This document shows positions 37,715 through 46,735 of a stretch of 64,000 nt of DNA, piece after piece. The translations under genes and the position numbers were made by a program. Numbering within the stretch: the stretch's first letter is position 1; the number at the start of each line of letters is the position of its first letter. Under the pieces are notes generated by a model. That model made no database searches. It was not told the origin of the DNA and saw only the letters and a list, made by a program, of their open reading frames with translations. Origin of the DNA: a bacterium (GTDB lineage: Bacteria > Acidobacteriota > Aminicenantia > Aminicenantales > Aminicenantaceae); NCBI GenBank assembly GCA_018335295.1, contig JAGXKI010000002.1:2643-66642 (forward strand). The letters are read 5' to 3'.

Positions 37715-39805
37715 TTAGTTTTGAAGGAAGCGACTAAAGAAATTAGCAGCTTTCTTGTAAACTCTCAACCAAACACCATGGCGGAGAAAACCGTGAACTT
37801 CGTCGGGGATAACCAGTAGTTCCACATGGGCTTTTCCTGATTTTCTCAACCGCTGCACTAAATCTGTGGTCTGAACAAAATCTACATTGCGGTCATCATC
37901 TCCATGGACAAAAAGCACCGGGGAATACCAGAATTCAACATCCGCAACAGGAGAGGATTGGTAGGCCGAACTCATCAGGTCTTCTCCTCTGATCCCCCAT
38001 CCTCCGCCGTCCCGCCTTCGGGCTCGGAGAGACCAATCATGAACTCCATGCAGATCAACTCCAGCAGCAAACAACTCGGAATCACGGGCCAGTCCTAAAG
38101 CGGTAAGATAACCGCCGTAGGAACCTCCCCAAAGCCCGATTTTGTGAGGATTCACTTCAGGTCTTTTCTGCAAATATTTACCGGCGGCCACAATATCCTG
38201 ATACTCAGAAGCTCCCCTGGGCCCTTGGTTTTCAGCGGTTCGAAAATCATACCCGTAACCGATACCGGAGCGGTAATTAACCGAAAGCACCACAAATCCT
38301 TTGTGGGTGAGGTATTGATTCATAGCATAGGCATTGTGGTAGTATCCCCGCATATGCCAGCCCAACATCATCTGACGGATAGGACCTCCGTGCATAAAAA
38401 TGACCGCAGCCCGATTATCCCCGGGTTTGGCTCCATGGGGAAGGAAAAGCTGACCGTGGATATCCAATCCATCGGGAGATTCAAAAACCACCTGCTGAGG
38501 CTTGACCAAATCCTCCGTAGGGAACTTTTCAGGGATCTTTTGGGGAGCCAGGAGTCTTTTTTCACCTGTTTGAGAATTCAAGATGGCGGGAGCTGCGGGC
38601 TGCCGGGCGGTGGAACAGAGAAAAATCAAATCTTCACTTTGAGTTGTCAAAACAGGAGACCATTCCAAACCCTTCCCTGAAGTCACCGGTTGGACCTTTC
38701 CTCCTTCCACTGAAACAGACCACAGATGTCTTCGATCCATATCTCCCCGGTTGGAATTAAAGACAAGCTTGGTTCTATCCGGAGAAAGAAAGCTGTTTTC
38801 CACTTCATATTCTCCGGGAGTGAGAGGAATCAGATTCTTCTCCTTTACAGAAATGGAATAAAGATGCATCCATCCTTCGTGTTCGGAGTAAAAAACAAGA
38901 TGTCCCTCAGCAGCCCAGCGCAGGGTTTCCTGGGGATAGTACTGGGAAAATCCACCGGTTTTATTAGGACAGCGCCAAATTGAAGAGGCTTTCATGGTTT
39001 GGATATCCGCAACCATCAAAGAGAACTGTTTTCCCCCTCGAAATGAGGGAAAAGTTTTCCCTGGAAACCGGATAAAAGCAATATATTTCCCGCAGGGTGA
39101 CCACACTGGATAGACATCTCTGTCCACAGAGGGAGAAATCCAACTTATGGAATTTTTTTGGAAATCATAAACACCGATAAAACTGTGATCTCCCCTGTGG
39201 CTGACAAAAGCCAGTTTAGACCCGTCAGGGGCCCATCGGGGGGAACTGTTTCGTCCTCGGGTTTCAAACAAGATTTCAGGCTGAGAAGGTTTTTCCTGAT
39301 TGGAAAGGAAAATTTGTCCCTTTAAGCTGTAGACCACCCGCTGATCTGAAGGAGAAGGAACCGGATTGTGTCCTTCTCCAATCCTCCACGGTTTCTTTCC
39401 TTCTCTATGGATGGCCCAGACCGCCTGCTCCGCTCTTTCGGGGTCAGAAGTCGGATTGGGATGTTCTCCGGCCCTGTTGGGAGCTCCTCCTCTCACATAA
39501 AAGAGCACCTTCCCCTCCGAACCAAAAGCTAAATCGCTCAATGGCTGGCCGTCATCAAATTCATAATGGGTAAGCTGGACGGGTTGATATTCGGGACCCT
39601 GAGCTATCCAGATATTCCGTTTTCCTTTCCGGTTGAAAACCCAGGCCACTTCATCTCCTTGTGGGGATACACAGAGGTTTGAGGGGAAAGCATAACTCAA
39701 GACTTCCGGCAGAGTGTAGGAGTGAACGGGAAGAACCAAACTCAGGCATAAAAGAACCATTCCCCAAAAAAGGATGGATTTTCGTGAAAAAAAGATTGAA
39801 TTCAT
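37715..39805 (-). CDS. S9-family serine peptidase (N-terminal beta-propeller plus C-terminal alpha/beta hydrolase)
   Basis: Signal peptide. Propeller blades. Catalytic GGSYGG Ser nucleophile and VHGDDD. Start trimmed to the Met preceding the signal peptide (MNSIFFSRK). Confidence 0.8.
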   Translation of the reverse strand: MNSIFFSRKSILFWGMVLLCLSLVLPVHSYTLPEVLSYAFPSNLCVSPQGDEVAWVFNRKGKRNIWIAQGPEYQPVQLTHYEFDDGQPLSDLAFGSEGKVLFYVRGGAPNRAGEHPNPTSDPERAEQAVWAIHREGKKPWRIGEGHNPVPSPSDQRVVYSLKGQIFLSNQEKPSQPEILFETRGRNSSPRWAPDGSKLAFVSHRGDHSFIGVYDFQKNSISWISPSVDRDVYPVWSPCGKYIAFIRFPGKTFPSFRGGKQFSLMVADIQTMKASSIWRCPNKTGGFSQYYPQETLRWAAEGHLVFYSEHEGWMHLYSISVKEKNLIPLTPGEYEVENSFLSPDRTKLVFNSNRGDMDRRHLWSVSVEGGKVQPVTSGKGLEWSPVLTTQSEDLIFLCSTARQPAAPAILNSQTGEKRLLAPQKIPEKFPTEDLVKPQQVVFESPDGLDIHGQLFLPHGAKPGDNRAAVIFMHGGPIRQMMLGWHMRGYYHNAYAMNQYLTHKGFVVLSVNYRSGIGYGYDFRTAENQGPRGASEYQDIVAAGKYLQKRPEVNPHKIGLWGGSYGGYLTALGLARDSELFAAGVDLHGVHDWSLRARRRDGGGWGIRGEDLMSSAYQSSPVADVEFWYSPVLFVHGDDDRNVDFVQTTDLVQRLRKSGKAHVELLVIPDEVHGFLRHGVWLRVYKKAANFFSRFLQN

Positions 39806-39870
39806 GGAACCCTCCATTCCAGTTTTATTAGAAAAATAAGGAATTTTCTTTTGAATTTTGATTTTTAAAT

Positions 39871-39892
39871 TATTATATAAGATTGAATTCAT
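39871..39892. promoter_or_regulatory. Conserved motif copy (tattatataagattgaattcat)
   Basis: See the motif finding. A second copy at 39793-39806 overlaps the chosen start codon. Confidence 0.35.
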
Positions 39893-39907
39893 CTGTAACG
39901 GATTCAT

Positions 39908-40396
39908 TTATTGCTCCGGATGATAGGGCTGGATAACGGCTTGGTCTGTACACTCTTGGGCCAAACGGCGGATTGTTTTTTTGAAAACGGGATGGATGGT
40001 TTGTGGAGATATTTCGGCAAAAGGGAACAGCACAAAATTTCTTTTATCCAAGCGAGGATGAGGAATTTTTAAATCCTCGGTTTGGATAATCCTATCCTCA
40101 GCCATAAGGATATCTATATCGATTATCCGGGGTCCTTTGGGGATGGAAGGTTTCCGCCCCATTTCTGTTTCGATTTCCTGGACCTTTGACAACAACTTTT
40201 CCGGATTAAACCCAGATTTCACCTCCCCTACTTGATTGAGAAACCAGGCTTGAGAAGAAAGATCCACAGGTTGGGTTTCATATATCGAGGAGGTTTGGAT
40301 AATGTGTATGCCTTTATTTTCCAGGAGGTTCAGAGCTTTATGAAGATTTCTTCTTCTGTTTCCCAGGTTGCTCCCGAAACATAAAAAATATTTCAT
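39908..40396 (-). CDS. folK: 2-amino-4-hydroxy-6-hydroxymethyldihydropteridine pyrophosphokinase
   Basis: HPPK motifs (CFGSNLGN...IIDIDIL...PHPRL). Confidence 0.85.
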   Translation of the reverse strand: MKYFLCFGSNLGNRRRNLHKALNLLENKGIHIIQTSSIYETQPVDLSSQAWFLNQVGEVKSGFNPEKLLSKVQEIETEMGRKPSIPKGPRIIDIDILMAEDRIIQTEDLKIPHPRLDKRNFVLFPFAEISPQTIHPVFKKTIRRLAQECTDQAVIQPYHPEQ

Positions 40397-40530
40397 CTAG
40401 ATCTTTCTTTTCCCCTAAGGGTGTATCTATTTATAAGTAAAATATCAGGATACCCAAACTTGGATAAAGAGACAAATCGAAATCCTTTGTATTTTGATTT
40501 TTTTTCACATTTCTGTCATTATTACACGTC

Positions 40531-40881
40531 ATGCAAAAAATTGAAAAGTGGCGTATCAAGGAGCTGGCGTTGATATTGAACCAGCTGGTTCAGCTTCTCA
40601 AAGCAGGAAACAATCAGGAATGGGCCAGTGTATTTTCCCACTATTACCATGAAACCCAACAAATTATCCATAAAGACCATTTTGATTGGGAAACCCTCAG
40701 AAAATTAGTTCAAAATATTAAAAACTGTTTTGAAGGCGCCTATTCCTTCAGTGGATTGGTTCTCTGTGAGGAAGATTCAGGCGAAATTAAAGAATTGAAT
40801 AAAGAGTTTTTTCAAAAAAGGGCTCGATTATTCGAGATATTACTCCACATGGAAGAACAGGGATCCGTCTATGTTCATTAA
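40531..40881 (+). CDS. Hypothetical protein (116 aa)
   Basis: ORF only. No recognisable motif. Confidence 0.35.
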   Translation: MQKIEKWRIKELALILNQLVQLLKAGNNQEWASVFSHYYHETQQIIHKDHFDWETLRKLVQNIKNCFEGAYSFSGLVLCEEDSGEIKELNKEFFQKRARLFEILLHMEEQGSVYVH

Positions 40882-40889
40882 AAAAAGGA

Positions 40890-41873
40890 TTATAGTTCAA
40901 TCAAACCAAACCTTTTGATCACTCTTAAAATAGCTAAGGTGACCCACAAGTGATCTTCCAAGGTGGATTTTTTATTCTGGGCTTCCCAATACCCCTCTTT
41001 TTTTTGCCTCTGGGACAACCAATCTAATCCTCTCTGAATTTCTTCGTTTTCCAACCCGAATCCAATCTTGGATAGAGAATCCATACTGCTCAGGATATCG
41101 GTCCCCCAGAAAGGATAGGTGATATCCTGCCAGTAAGAAACATTGTGCTTCTCTTCATACTCATCTGGTTTGAAAAAACAATCCATCAAGAGTTTTCCGG
41201 CCTCTTTCGTTTCTTTGCGATTTCTCCATAAAATGGATGAAGCCAGAGCCCTCAATACGATTCCTGTAACTAAAGGCGAAGAGCGCTTAGATCTATCCGG
41301 TTTCAGAGGAATATCTCTTTCTTTTTCTTCACAGTTGAATTGATTATGGAGTTCATTTTCATCCAGAGTTCGGTAAGGAATAGCCCATCCCCCGTCATTC
41401 TGCCTGTAATTCAGAAGCCATTCAAACCCTTTCTGGGTCCTAGAATCCTGGTCCCATCCAAACATACATAAACTCTCTAGAGTTATCGCATGGTAGGTAG
41501 GCATATACTCTTGAATATAACCATTCCAAAAATACCCTTCCTGAGACTGAGTGGAGAATAAGAATTGAGCGGCTTTTTGAATTTCTTCGTCTTCCTGATT
41601 ACATCCATATTTGTACAGTTCAAGAATATTCCTCAAGGTAATCACTATGTGATAAGTCTTCTTCCACTGAGGAGGACCATTGAAGATTTTATGATGCCAC
41701 CCTCCGTCAGGCTTCTGTCTTTTTAGAATTCGAATCCGGGCAGCAAATTTCTTAAGATTTTTATACTCTCTTTCCACAGGAACTTCCAAAATGTCCTTTT
41801 TCAACCAATAGAGTATAGGCAAATTCCCCCGGGCTAGAAGAAATTCTATGGCTTTATTCAAATCAAAATTCAT
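40890..41873 (-). CDS. Alpha/alpha-toroid repeat protein (prenyltransferase/terpene-cyclase-like QW repeats)
   Basis: Four repeats of the Q-x-x-D/EGGW type (QKPDGGWHH, QSQEGYFWNGY, QNDGGWAIPY, QKKEGYWEAQ). No LanC-type Cys/His motifs. Confidence 0.5.
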   Translation of the reverse strand: MNFDLNKAIEFLLARGNLPILYWLKKDILEVPVEREYKNLKKFAARIRILKRQKPDGGWHHKIFNGPPQWKKTYHIVITLRNILELYKYGCNQEDEEIQKAAQFLFSTQSQEGYFWNGYIQEYMPTYHAITLESLCMFGWDQDSRTQKGFEWLLNYRQNDGGWAIPYRTLDENELHNQFNCEEKERDIPLKPDRSKRSSPLVTGIVLRALASSILWRNRKETKEAGKLLMDCFFKPDEYEEKHNVSYWQDITYPFWGTDILSSMDSLSKIGFGLENEEIQRGLDWLSQRQKKEGYWEAQNKKSTLEDHLWVTLAILRVIKRFGLIEL

Positions 41874-41890
41874 GAAGAAATATTTTTGAC

Positions 41891-42244
41891 TTAACCGTTT
41901 TTATCTGGATTAAGGATGATACATAAAAATTCAAAAGGATTCTGGAAAGGATTCTTGAATTGATGTTTTTCGTTTCCTTTTATAAACAGACTTTGACCTT
42001 CGGATATAAGAGTTTCCTGCCCTTTACCGTCGACAATCTTTCCCTTTCCTTTCTCCACGTTGACTACATGTTCATGCTTGTGAGTGTGGTAGGGAGAATT
42101 TCCCCCAGGAAGAACTCTGAAATGCCGAAGGATTATGTTCTCCGAACCTTCCTCTGGACCGATGAGTATTTTTTTGATCACATTATTCATTCCCTCTTTA
42201 TTCAGGAATTCTTCGGAGACATCCGAATTCTTTTTTATTATCAA
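41891..42244 (-). CDS. Cupin-domain protein
   Basis: HTHKHEH...G.G metal-binding pattern of the cupin fold. Overlaps the next gene by 4 nt. Confidence 0.65.
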   Translation of the reverse strand: MIIKKNSDVSEEFLNKEGMNNVIKKILIGPEEGSENIILRHFRVLPGGNSPYHTHKHEHVVNVEKGKGKIVDGKGQETLISEGQSLFIKGNEKHQFKNPFQNPFEFLCIILNPDKNG

Positions 42245-43854
42245 TGGTTACTCCTTCCTTTAGCCGGACCGTACAGAATCATACCTGGTCGGGATCCTGT
42301 ATGTTGATTATTCTTCACCACAACCTCTCCATTGACAACCACATAAGCCAACCCCTCCGCGTATTGATGAGGTTTGGAAAAAGTTGCCTGGTCTTTGAAC
42401 ACATCCCTATCAAAAATGGTGAGATCCGCATACATCCCTTCTTTAAGGATTCCTCTCCCAGAAAGACGGAAGGCCTGAGCAGGCAGTGAAGTCATTTTTC
42501 TTATGGCTTCCCTTAGAGGAAGGACTCCTTCTTCTCTGACATAATGAGATATAACTCGAGGAAAGGTTCCATAATTTCGAGGATGAGGGACTCCCTCTCC
42601 TTTTTCCTGGACACTTCCATCTGAAGCATGCATGATGTAAGGAAGTTTCATTAAGTCCTGGACATCTTTTTCATCCATTTGAAAAAAGACTCCGGAAGCT
42701 CCTCCCTTTTTCTGAATTTCAATGATAAGGTCAGCCGCATTGCTTACGTTAGGCTTCTGACCTCTTTCCACAAGAATTTCCTTGAGATTTTTGCCCTCAT
42801 ATTCAGGATTTTCTTTATACCGAGAGATGTAGATGGTTTCTGTTTTATCAATGCCTTTGGTGGAAGCGAGACGTCTCTCTATGACATAAGATTTTACTTT
42901 CTGGTAAGTTTCTTCATCTTCCATCCTCTGGAGGAATTTATCTCGGCCTCCTTCAAAAACCCAAGAGGGAAAACTGCTGGTAAACCCGGAACTGGTAGCG
43001 GTGTAAGGATATTGGTCCAGAAGAACATTCACTCCTCTTTCTCTCGCTTCTTCCACAGGTTTGGTAACCCGCTCTATTTCACCCCAGACACTGTCCTTGG
43101 CCAATTTTATATGAGATATTTGGACGGGAATGTCATTTTTTTCTCCAACCTGGATGGCTTCTTTTACAGCCCGAGTGATATGGTCTCCCTGATTCCGAAT
43201 ATGGGAGGCATAAATTCCGTTGTAAGGAGCCACAGCCGAAGCCAGCTCAACAATTTCTTCTTTATTGGAATAACTTCCGGGAAGATAAGAAAGGCCCGTA
43301 GAAAAACCTACGGCTCCAGCCTTCATCTCCTGGTGGATGAGTTTTTTCATTTCTTTCATTTCTTCAGTAGTGGGCAAAGTTTTTTTTAAACCCATGACTT
43401 CACGTCGAATCGTGTTATGTCCGATGAGACAAGCAAAATTGAGGGATATTCCCTTATTTTCCAATTTCTGGAAAAGGGACTTGAGGGGAAAAGGATGGCC
43501 TCCACAATTTCCCCCTATTACCGTGGTCACTCCTTGGAGGAGGTAATTATCCACAGTAGGGATTTCATCAATCCCTCGGTCACAGTGAGTATGAACATCG
43601 ATAAATCCAGGGGTAACTGTTAAATTGTGCGCATCGATGACCTTTTCGGCTTTGCTTTCAGAAATGGACCCGATTTGGGCAATTTTTTTACCTCTAATTC
43701 CAATATCCTCTCTGTAAGGGGGGTTCCCGCATCCGTCCAAAATGTATCCGTTTTTAATGACCAAATCAAAAGGCTCGGGAGAAGGGCCACAGGTGAGAAA
43801 GAGAAACGAAAAAAATATCAAAAGGAAAAAGCCTACCACATGATTTGTCTTCAT
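42241..43854 (-). CDS. Secreted amidohydrolase, N-acyl-D-amino-acid deacylase (D-aminoacylase)-like
   Basis: Signal peptide. GFIDVHTHCD metal-binding motif and overall D-aminoacylase layout. Confidence 0.7.
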   Translation of the reverse strand: MKTNHVVGFFLLIFFSFLFLTCGPSPEPFDLVIKNGYILDGCGNPPYREDIGIRGKKIAQIGSISESKAEKVIDAHNLTVTPGFIDVHTHCDRGIDEIPTVDNYLLQGVTTVIGGNCGGHPFPLKSLFQKLENKGISLNFACLIGHNTIRREVMGLKKTLPTTEEMKEMKKLIHQEMKAGAVGFSTGLSYLPGSYSNKEEIVELASAVAPYNGIYASHIRNQGDHITRAVKEAIQVGEKNDIPVQISHIKLAKDSVWGEIERVTKPVEEARERGVNVLLDQYPYTATSSGFTSSFPSWVFEGGRDKFLQRMEDEETYQKVKSYVIERRLASTKGIDKTETIYISRYKENPEYEGKNLKEILVERGQKPNVSNAADLIIEIQKKGGASGVFFQMDEKDVQDLMKLPYIMHASDGSVQEKGEGVPHPRNYGTFPRVISHYVREEGVLPLREAIRKMTSLPAQAFRLSGRGILKEGMYADLTIFDRDVFKDQATFSKPHQYAEGLAYVVVNGEVVVKNNQHTGSRPGMILYGPAKGRSNH

Positions 43855-44185
43855 TCTTAACTCCTCTTAACCATAGATTTTATTCCAACAAGAGAAGTTA
43901 TGTCAATTTTTTATTGGAAATCGTAAGCATCTCTAATTCCGTGATAGGGGCTTCCTCCCCCCTATCCCTCTCCCCTTTCAATAAGTAGAGATATTTATAC
44001 TCATCAAGGTTTTGGATATACTTCCTTGGAAATCAGAAATTTCAGGGCTTCTTGCATAGGGTCTATGATTGGTTTAGAATACTTCCAAAAGGATGACTGA
44101 GGAAAAATGCTCGGAAAAAAGGGCTAAACCTTATCTTCATCCCTGAGAGATGAATAACCTAGATTTTCCCAAGAGGAGGGTTCAA

Positions 44186-44926
44186 ATGAAAAAAATATTC
44201 TTGTTTATTTTTATCTTTATCTTTATACCCAGCTTTCTCTTTCTCCAAGCTGAACCACAAGAATTTGAAGAAGATATTATCCCTACCCATCAAGGCGACT
44301 TAAAAATCAATTTCATCGGTCATGGAACATTGATGTTCCATTTTGGTGGAAAAGTCATTCATGTCGACCCGGTCAGTCGGTATGCCGACTACAGCCAACT
44401 TCCCAAAGCAGACCTAATCCTTATCACCCACAGCCACGGAGACCATCTGGACCCGGATGTAGTGAAAAAACTTCGTCAAAAAGAAACCGATGTTGTCCTC
44501 ACCGAAAAATGTGCCCGTGAAATCAAAGGCGGTCTCATCATGGAAAACGGGGATACCAAAACTGTTCAAGGAATAAAGATTGAAGCGGTCCCCGCCTACA
44601 ATATCAAACACAAGAGAAGTTCCGGTGTTCCCTATCATCCCAAAGGAGACGGAAACGGGTATATTCTCCATCTGGGAGACAAAAGAGTATATGTAGCTGG
44701 AGATACCGAAAACACACCGGAAATGAAATCCCTCCAAGATATCGATATCGCCTTTTTCCCCATGAATCTTCCTTACACCATGTCCCCCGAAATGGCAGCA
44801 GACGCCGCCAAAACCATCCAGCCCGATATTCTCTATCCCTACCATTATGGGAGTACAGATACATCCAAAATCGTCAAAATGCTTGAAGAGGAAGATATTG
44901 AAGTCCGCATAAGGAATATGAAATAG
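44186..44926 (+). CDS. MBL-fold metallo-hydrolase (secreted)
   Basis: THSHGDHLD motif. Signal peptide from the internal Met (MKKIFLFIF...). Confidence 0.75.
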   Translation: MKKIFLFIFIFIFIPSFLFLQAEPQEFEEDIIPTHQGDLKINFIGHGTLMFHFGGKVIHVDPVSRYADYSQLPKADLILITHSHGDHLDPDVVKKLRQKETDVVLTEKCAREIKGGLIMENGDTKTVQGIKIEAVPAYNIKHKRSSGVPYHPKGDGNGYILHLGDKRVYVAGDTENTPEMKSLQDIDIAFFPMNLPYTMSPEMAADAAKTIQPDILYPYHYGSTDTSKIVKMLEEEDIEVRIRNMK

Positions 44927-44959
44927 ACTGAATTATCCTTAAAAATCGGGCCCATTCCT

Positions 44960-46279
44960 TTAATAGAGTAAATACTCTTTCCTTAATCGGGAAAATTCAT
45001 TCAAATCCTTTTCATATTTTTTTCTTATTTCACGAATGGAGAGTCCCTGAAACAGTGATTTCCTGATGAAAGAAGTGCCCATAATTTGATCAAAATAGTT
45101 TTTATGGAATTGGAATCGGTCAGGGTGCATCTTCCTTATGGTTTGAATAATGTGAAGAGTGGTGCGGAAAGGATGAAACCGCTCTCTTTCTACCACATGA
45201 ATTTGAGCTCCTCCGCATAATTTCTTTTTATATTTCGAAAAAACAGGGGTAAACCAGGCTTCTCTGAATTTTACTCCAGGAAGTTCTTTATCATTGAGTC
45301 TCTGGACCAATTCATAACCATCGATCCAGGGAGCCCCAAACAATTCAAAAGGGCGGGTCGTCCCTCTCCCTTCGGATACATTAGTCCCTTCCAAAAAGAC
45401 CTGGCCGGGATAAACCAGCGCTGTGGATAACGAAGGCATATTGGGAGAAGGAATCACCCAGGGAAGAGACGTTTCATCATACCACATGTCTCTCTTCCAG
45501 TTTTTCATGGGAATAACCGTCAAACTCACCTTTTTATCCATAAACTGTTCATTGAAAAGCCGAGCCAATTCTCCCGCGGTCATTCCATGTCGAACCGGGA
45601 TGGGATAAAGCCCTACAAAGGAACTGTATTGAGGGTATTCCAGTACCGGACCTTCCATGGTCAAACCGTTTATGGGATTAGGCCGGTCCAGAACAATAAA
45701 CTCCACCCCCTTTTCCGCACAGGCCTGCATACAGTAGGCCATAGTGGCCGCATAAGTGTATATTCGAGTTCCTACATCCTGAATATCAAAGACCATTACA
45801 TCCACATCTTCCACCATGGATTCAGGGGGTATTTTCCCCTTTTCTTCAGTATCGAAGGAGCGCATGTAATCATCAATATTCTCAAACATCCCTGGAGGGG
45901 GTTTTCTGGACTGCCCGTAGAGGCTGAATACAGGGAGATTATACTTTTGGTCTATGTAAAAAGGGACGTATTCTCCCGCCTGAGCATTCCCTCTCACTCC
46001 ATGCTCCGGTCCGTAAAGCGCGGCCAGTTGGATTCCAGGATGCTCATAGAATAAATCAATGGTGGTGTTCAAATGGCTGTCCACTCCGGTGGGATTGGTG
46101 ATCAAACCCACCCTTTTTCCTTTCACCAGATCCAGATGCTTCTCTAGAAACACCTCCACTCCTGGTTTTACTTTTTCACCAGGAGAGGAAGAAAAAGATG
46201 TGGAATCTCCCTGGCAGGCATTTCCCCATAGAAGGACTCCCATGATGAAAATAAAAGGCAGAGATTTTTTAATTCTCAT
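44960..46279 (-). CDS. DUF1343-family protein (exo-beta-N-acetylmuramidase NamZ-like)
   Basis: Signal peptide. DUF1343 N-terminal pattern (RVGLITNPTGVDSHLNTTIDLF...LAALYGPEHG). Confidence 0.7.
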   Translation of the reverse strand: MRIKKSLPFIFIMGVLLWGNACQGDSTSFSSSPGEKVKPGVEVFLEKHLDLVKGKRVGLITNPTGVDSHLNTTIDLFYEHPGIQLAALYGPEHGVRGNAQAGEYVPFYIDQKYNLPVFSLYGQSRKPPPGMFENIDDYMRSFDTEEKGKIPPESMVEDVDVMVFDIQDVGTRIYTYAATMAYCMQACAEKGVEFIVLDRPNPINGLTMEGPVLEYPQYSSFVGLYPIPVRHGMTAGELARLFNEQFMDKKVSLTVIPMKNWKRDMWYDETSLPWVIPSPNMPSLSTALVYPGQVFLEGTNVSEGRGTTRPFELFGAPWIDGYELVQRLNDKELPGVKFREAWFTPVFSKYKKKLCGGAQIHVVERERFHPFRTTLHIIQTIRKMHPDRFQFHKNYFDQIMGTSFIRKSLFQGLSIREIRKKYEKDLNEFSRLRKEYLLY

Positions 46280-46523
46280 ACGCTCCTTTGATTTCTTGAA
46301 ATCTTATTGGGTTGGAAGAAGGACCCATTCTCTATTTTCTCCTTAACTTCATACTAATAAAATGAATCAATTTAAGCAAACTCTTTCATGTGAGCAGTAA
46401 GGGTGGCATTTTGTAACCCTCACTCACCGCAAACAGCTAAACAGTGACTCCAATATGTGCAAACAGTCATATTTGTAAAAAAATCAACTTGATAACCCGT
46501 TTAAATGACAATTTTTGACATAA

Positions 46524-46546
46524 TTTTCCACAATTTTTGTGGAAAA
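46524..46546. promoter_or_regulatory. Perfect 23-bp palindrome TTTTCCACA-ATTTT-TGTGGAAAA upstream of cstA
   Basis: 9-bp inverted arms. The arm is the same 9-mer as the DnaA-box-like sites at 7875 and 7910. Confidence 0.4.
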
Positions 46547-46735
46547 GCCTCTTACTTTAAAAATGTTCGGATTCCTTTTTAGTTAAAATTTCGATAGATT
46601 TTCCCTCTTGCCCCCTCTTAAACCCCCTTTATCTTCTTTTCCATTATCTTGATACCAAACTCTTTTTCTCTCAATCTTCAGTTGACATTATTTTTTTTCT
46701 TGTGATATAGACTATAAACTCATAGAAGGAATGAT

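Noticed and set aside
39806-39907. Longer N-terminus of the S9 peptidase as given in the ORF track (start at 39907).
   Set aside because: The extension contains two copies of the intergenic motif and lacks a signal peptide. The Met at 39805 is followed by a canonical signal sequence. The longer form cannot be excluded, as noted in the findings.
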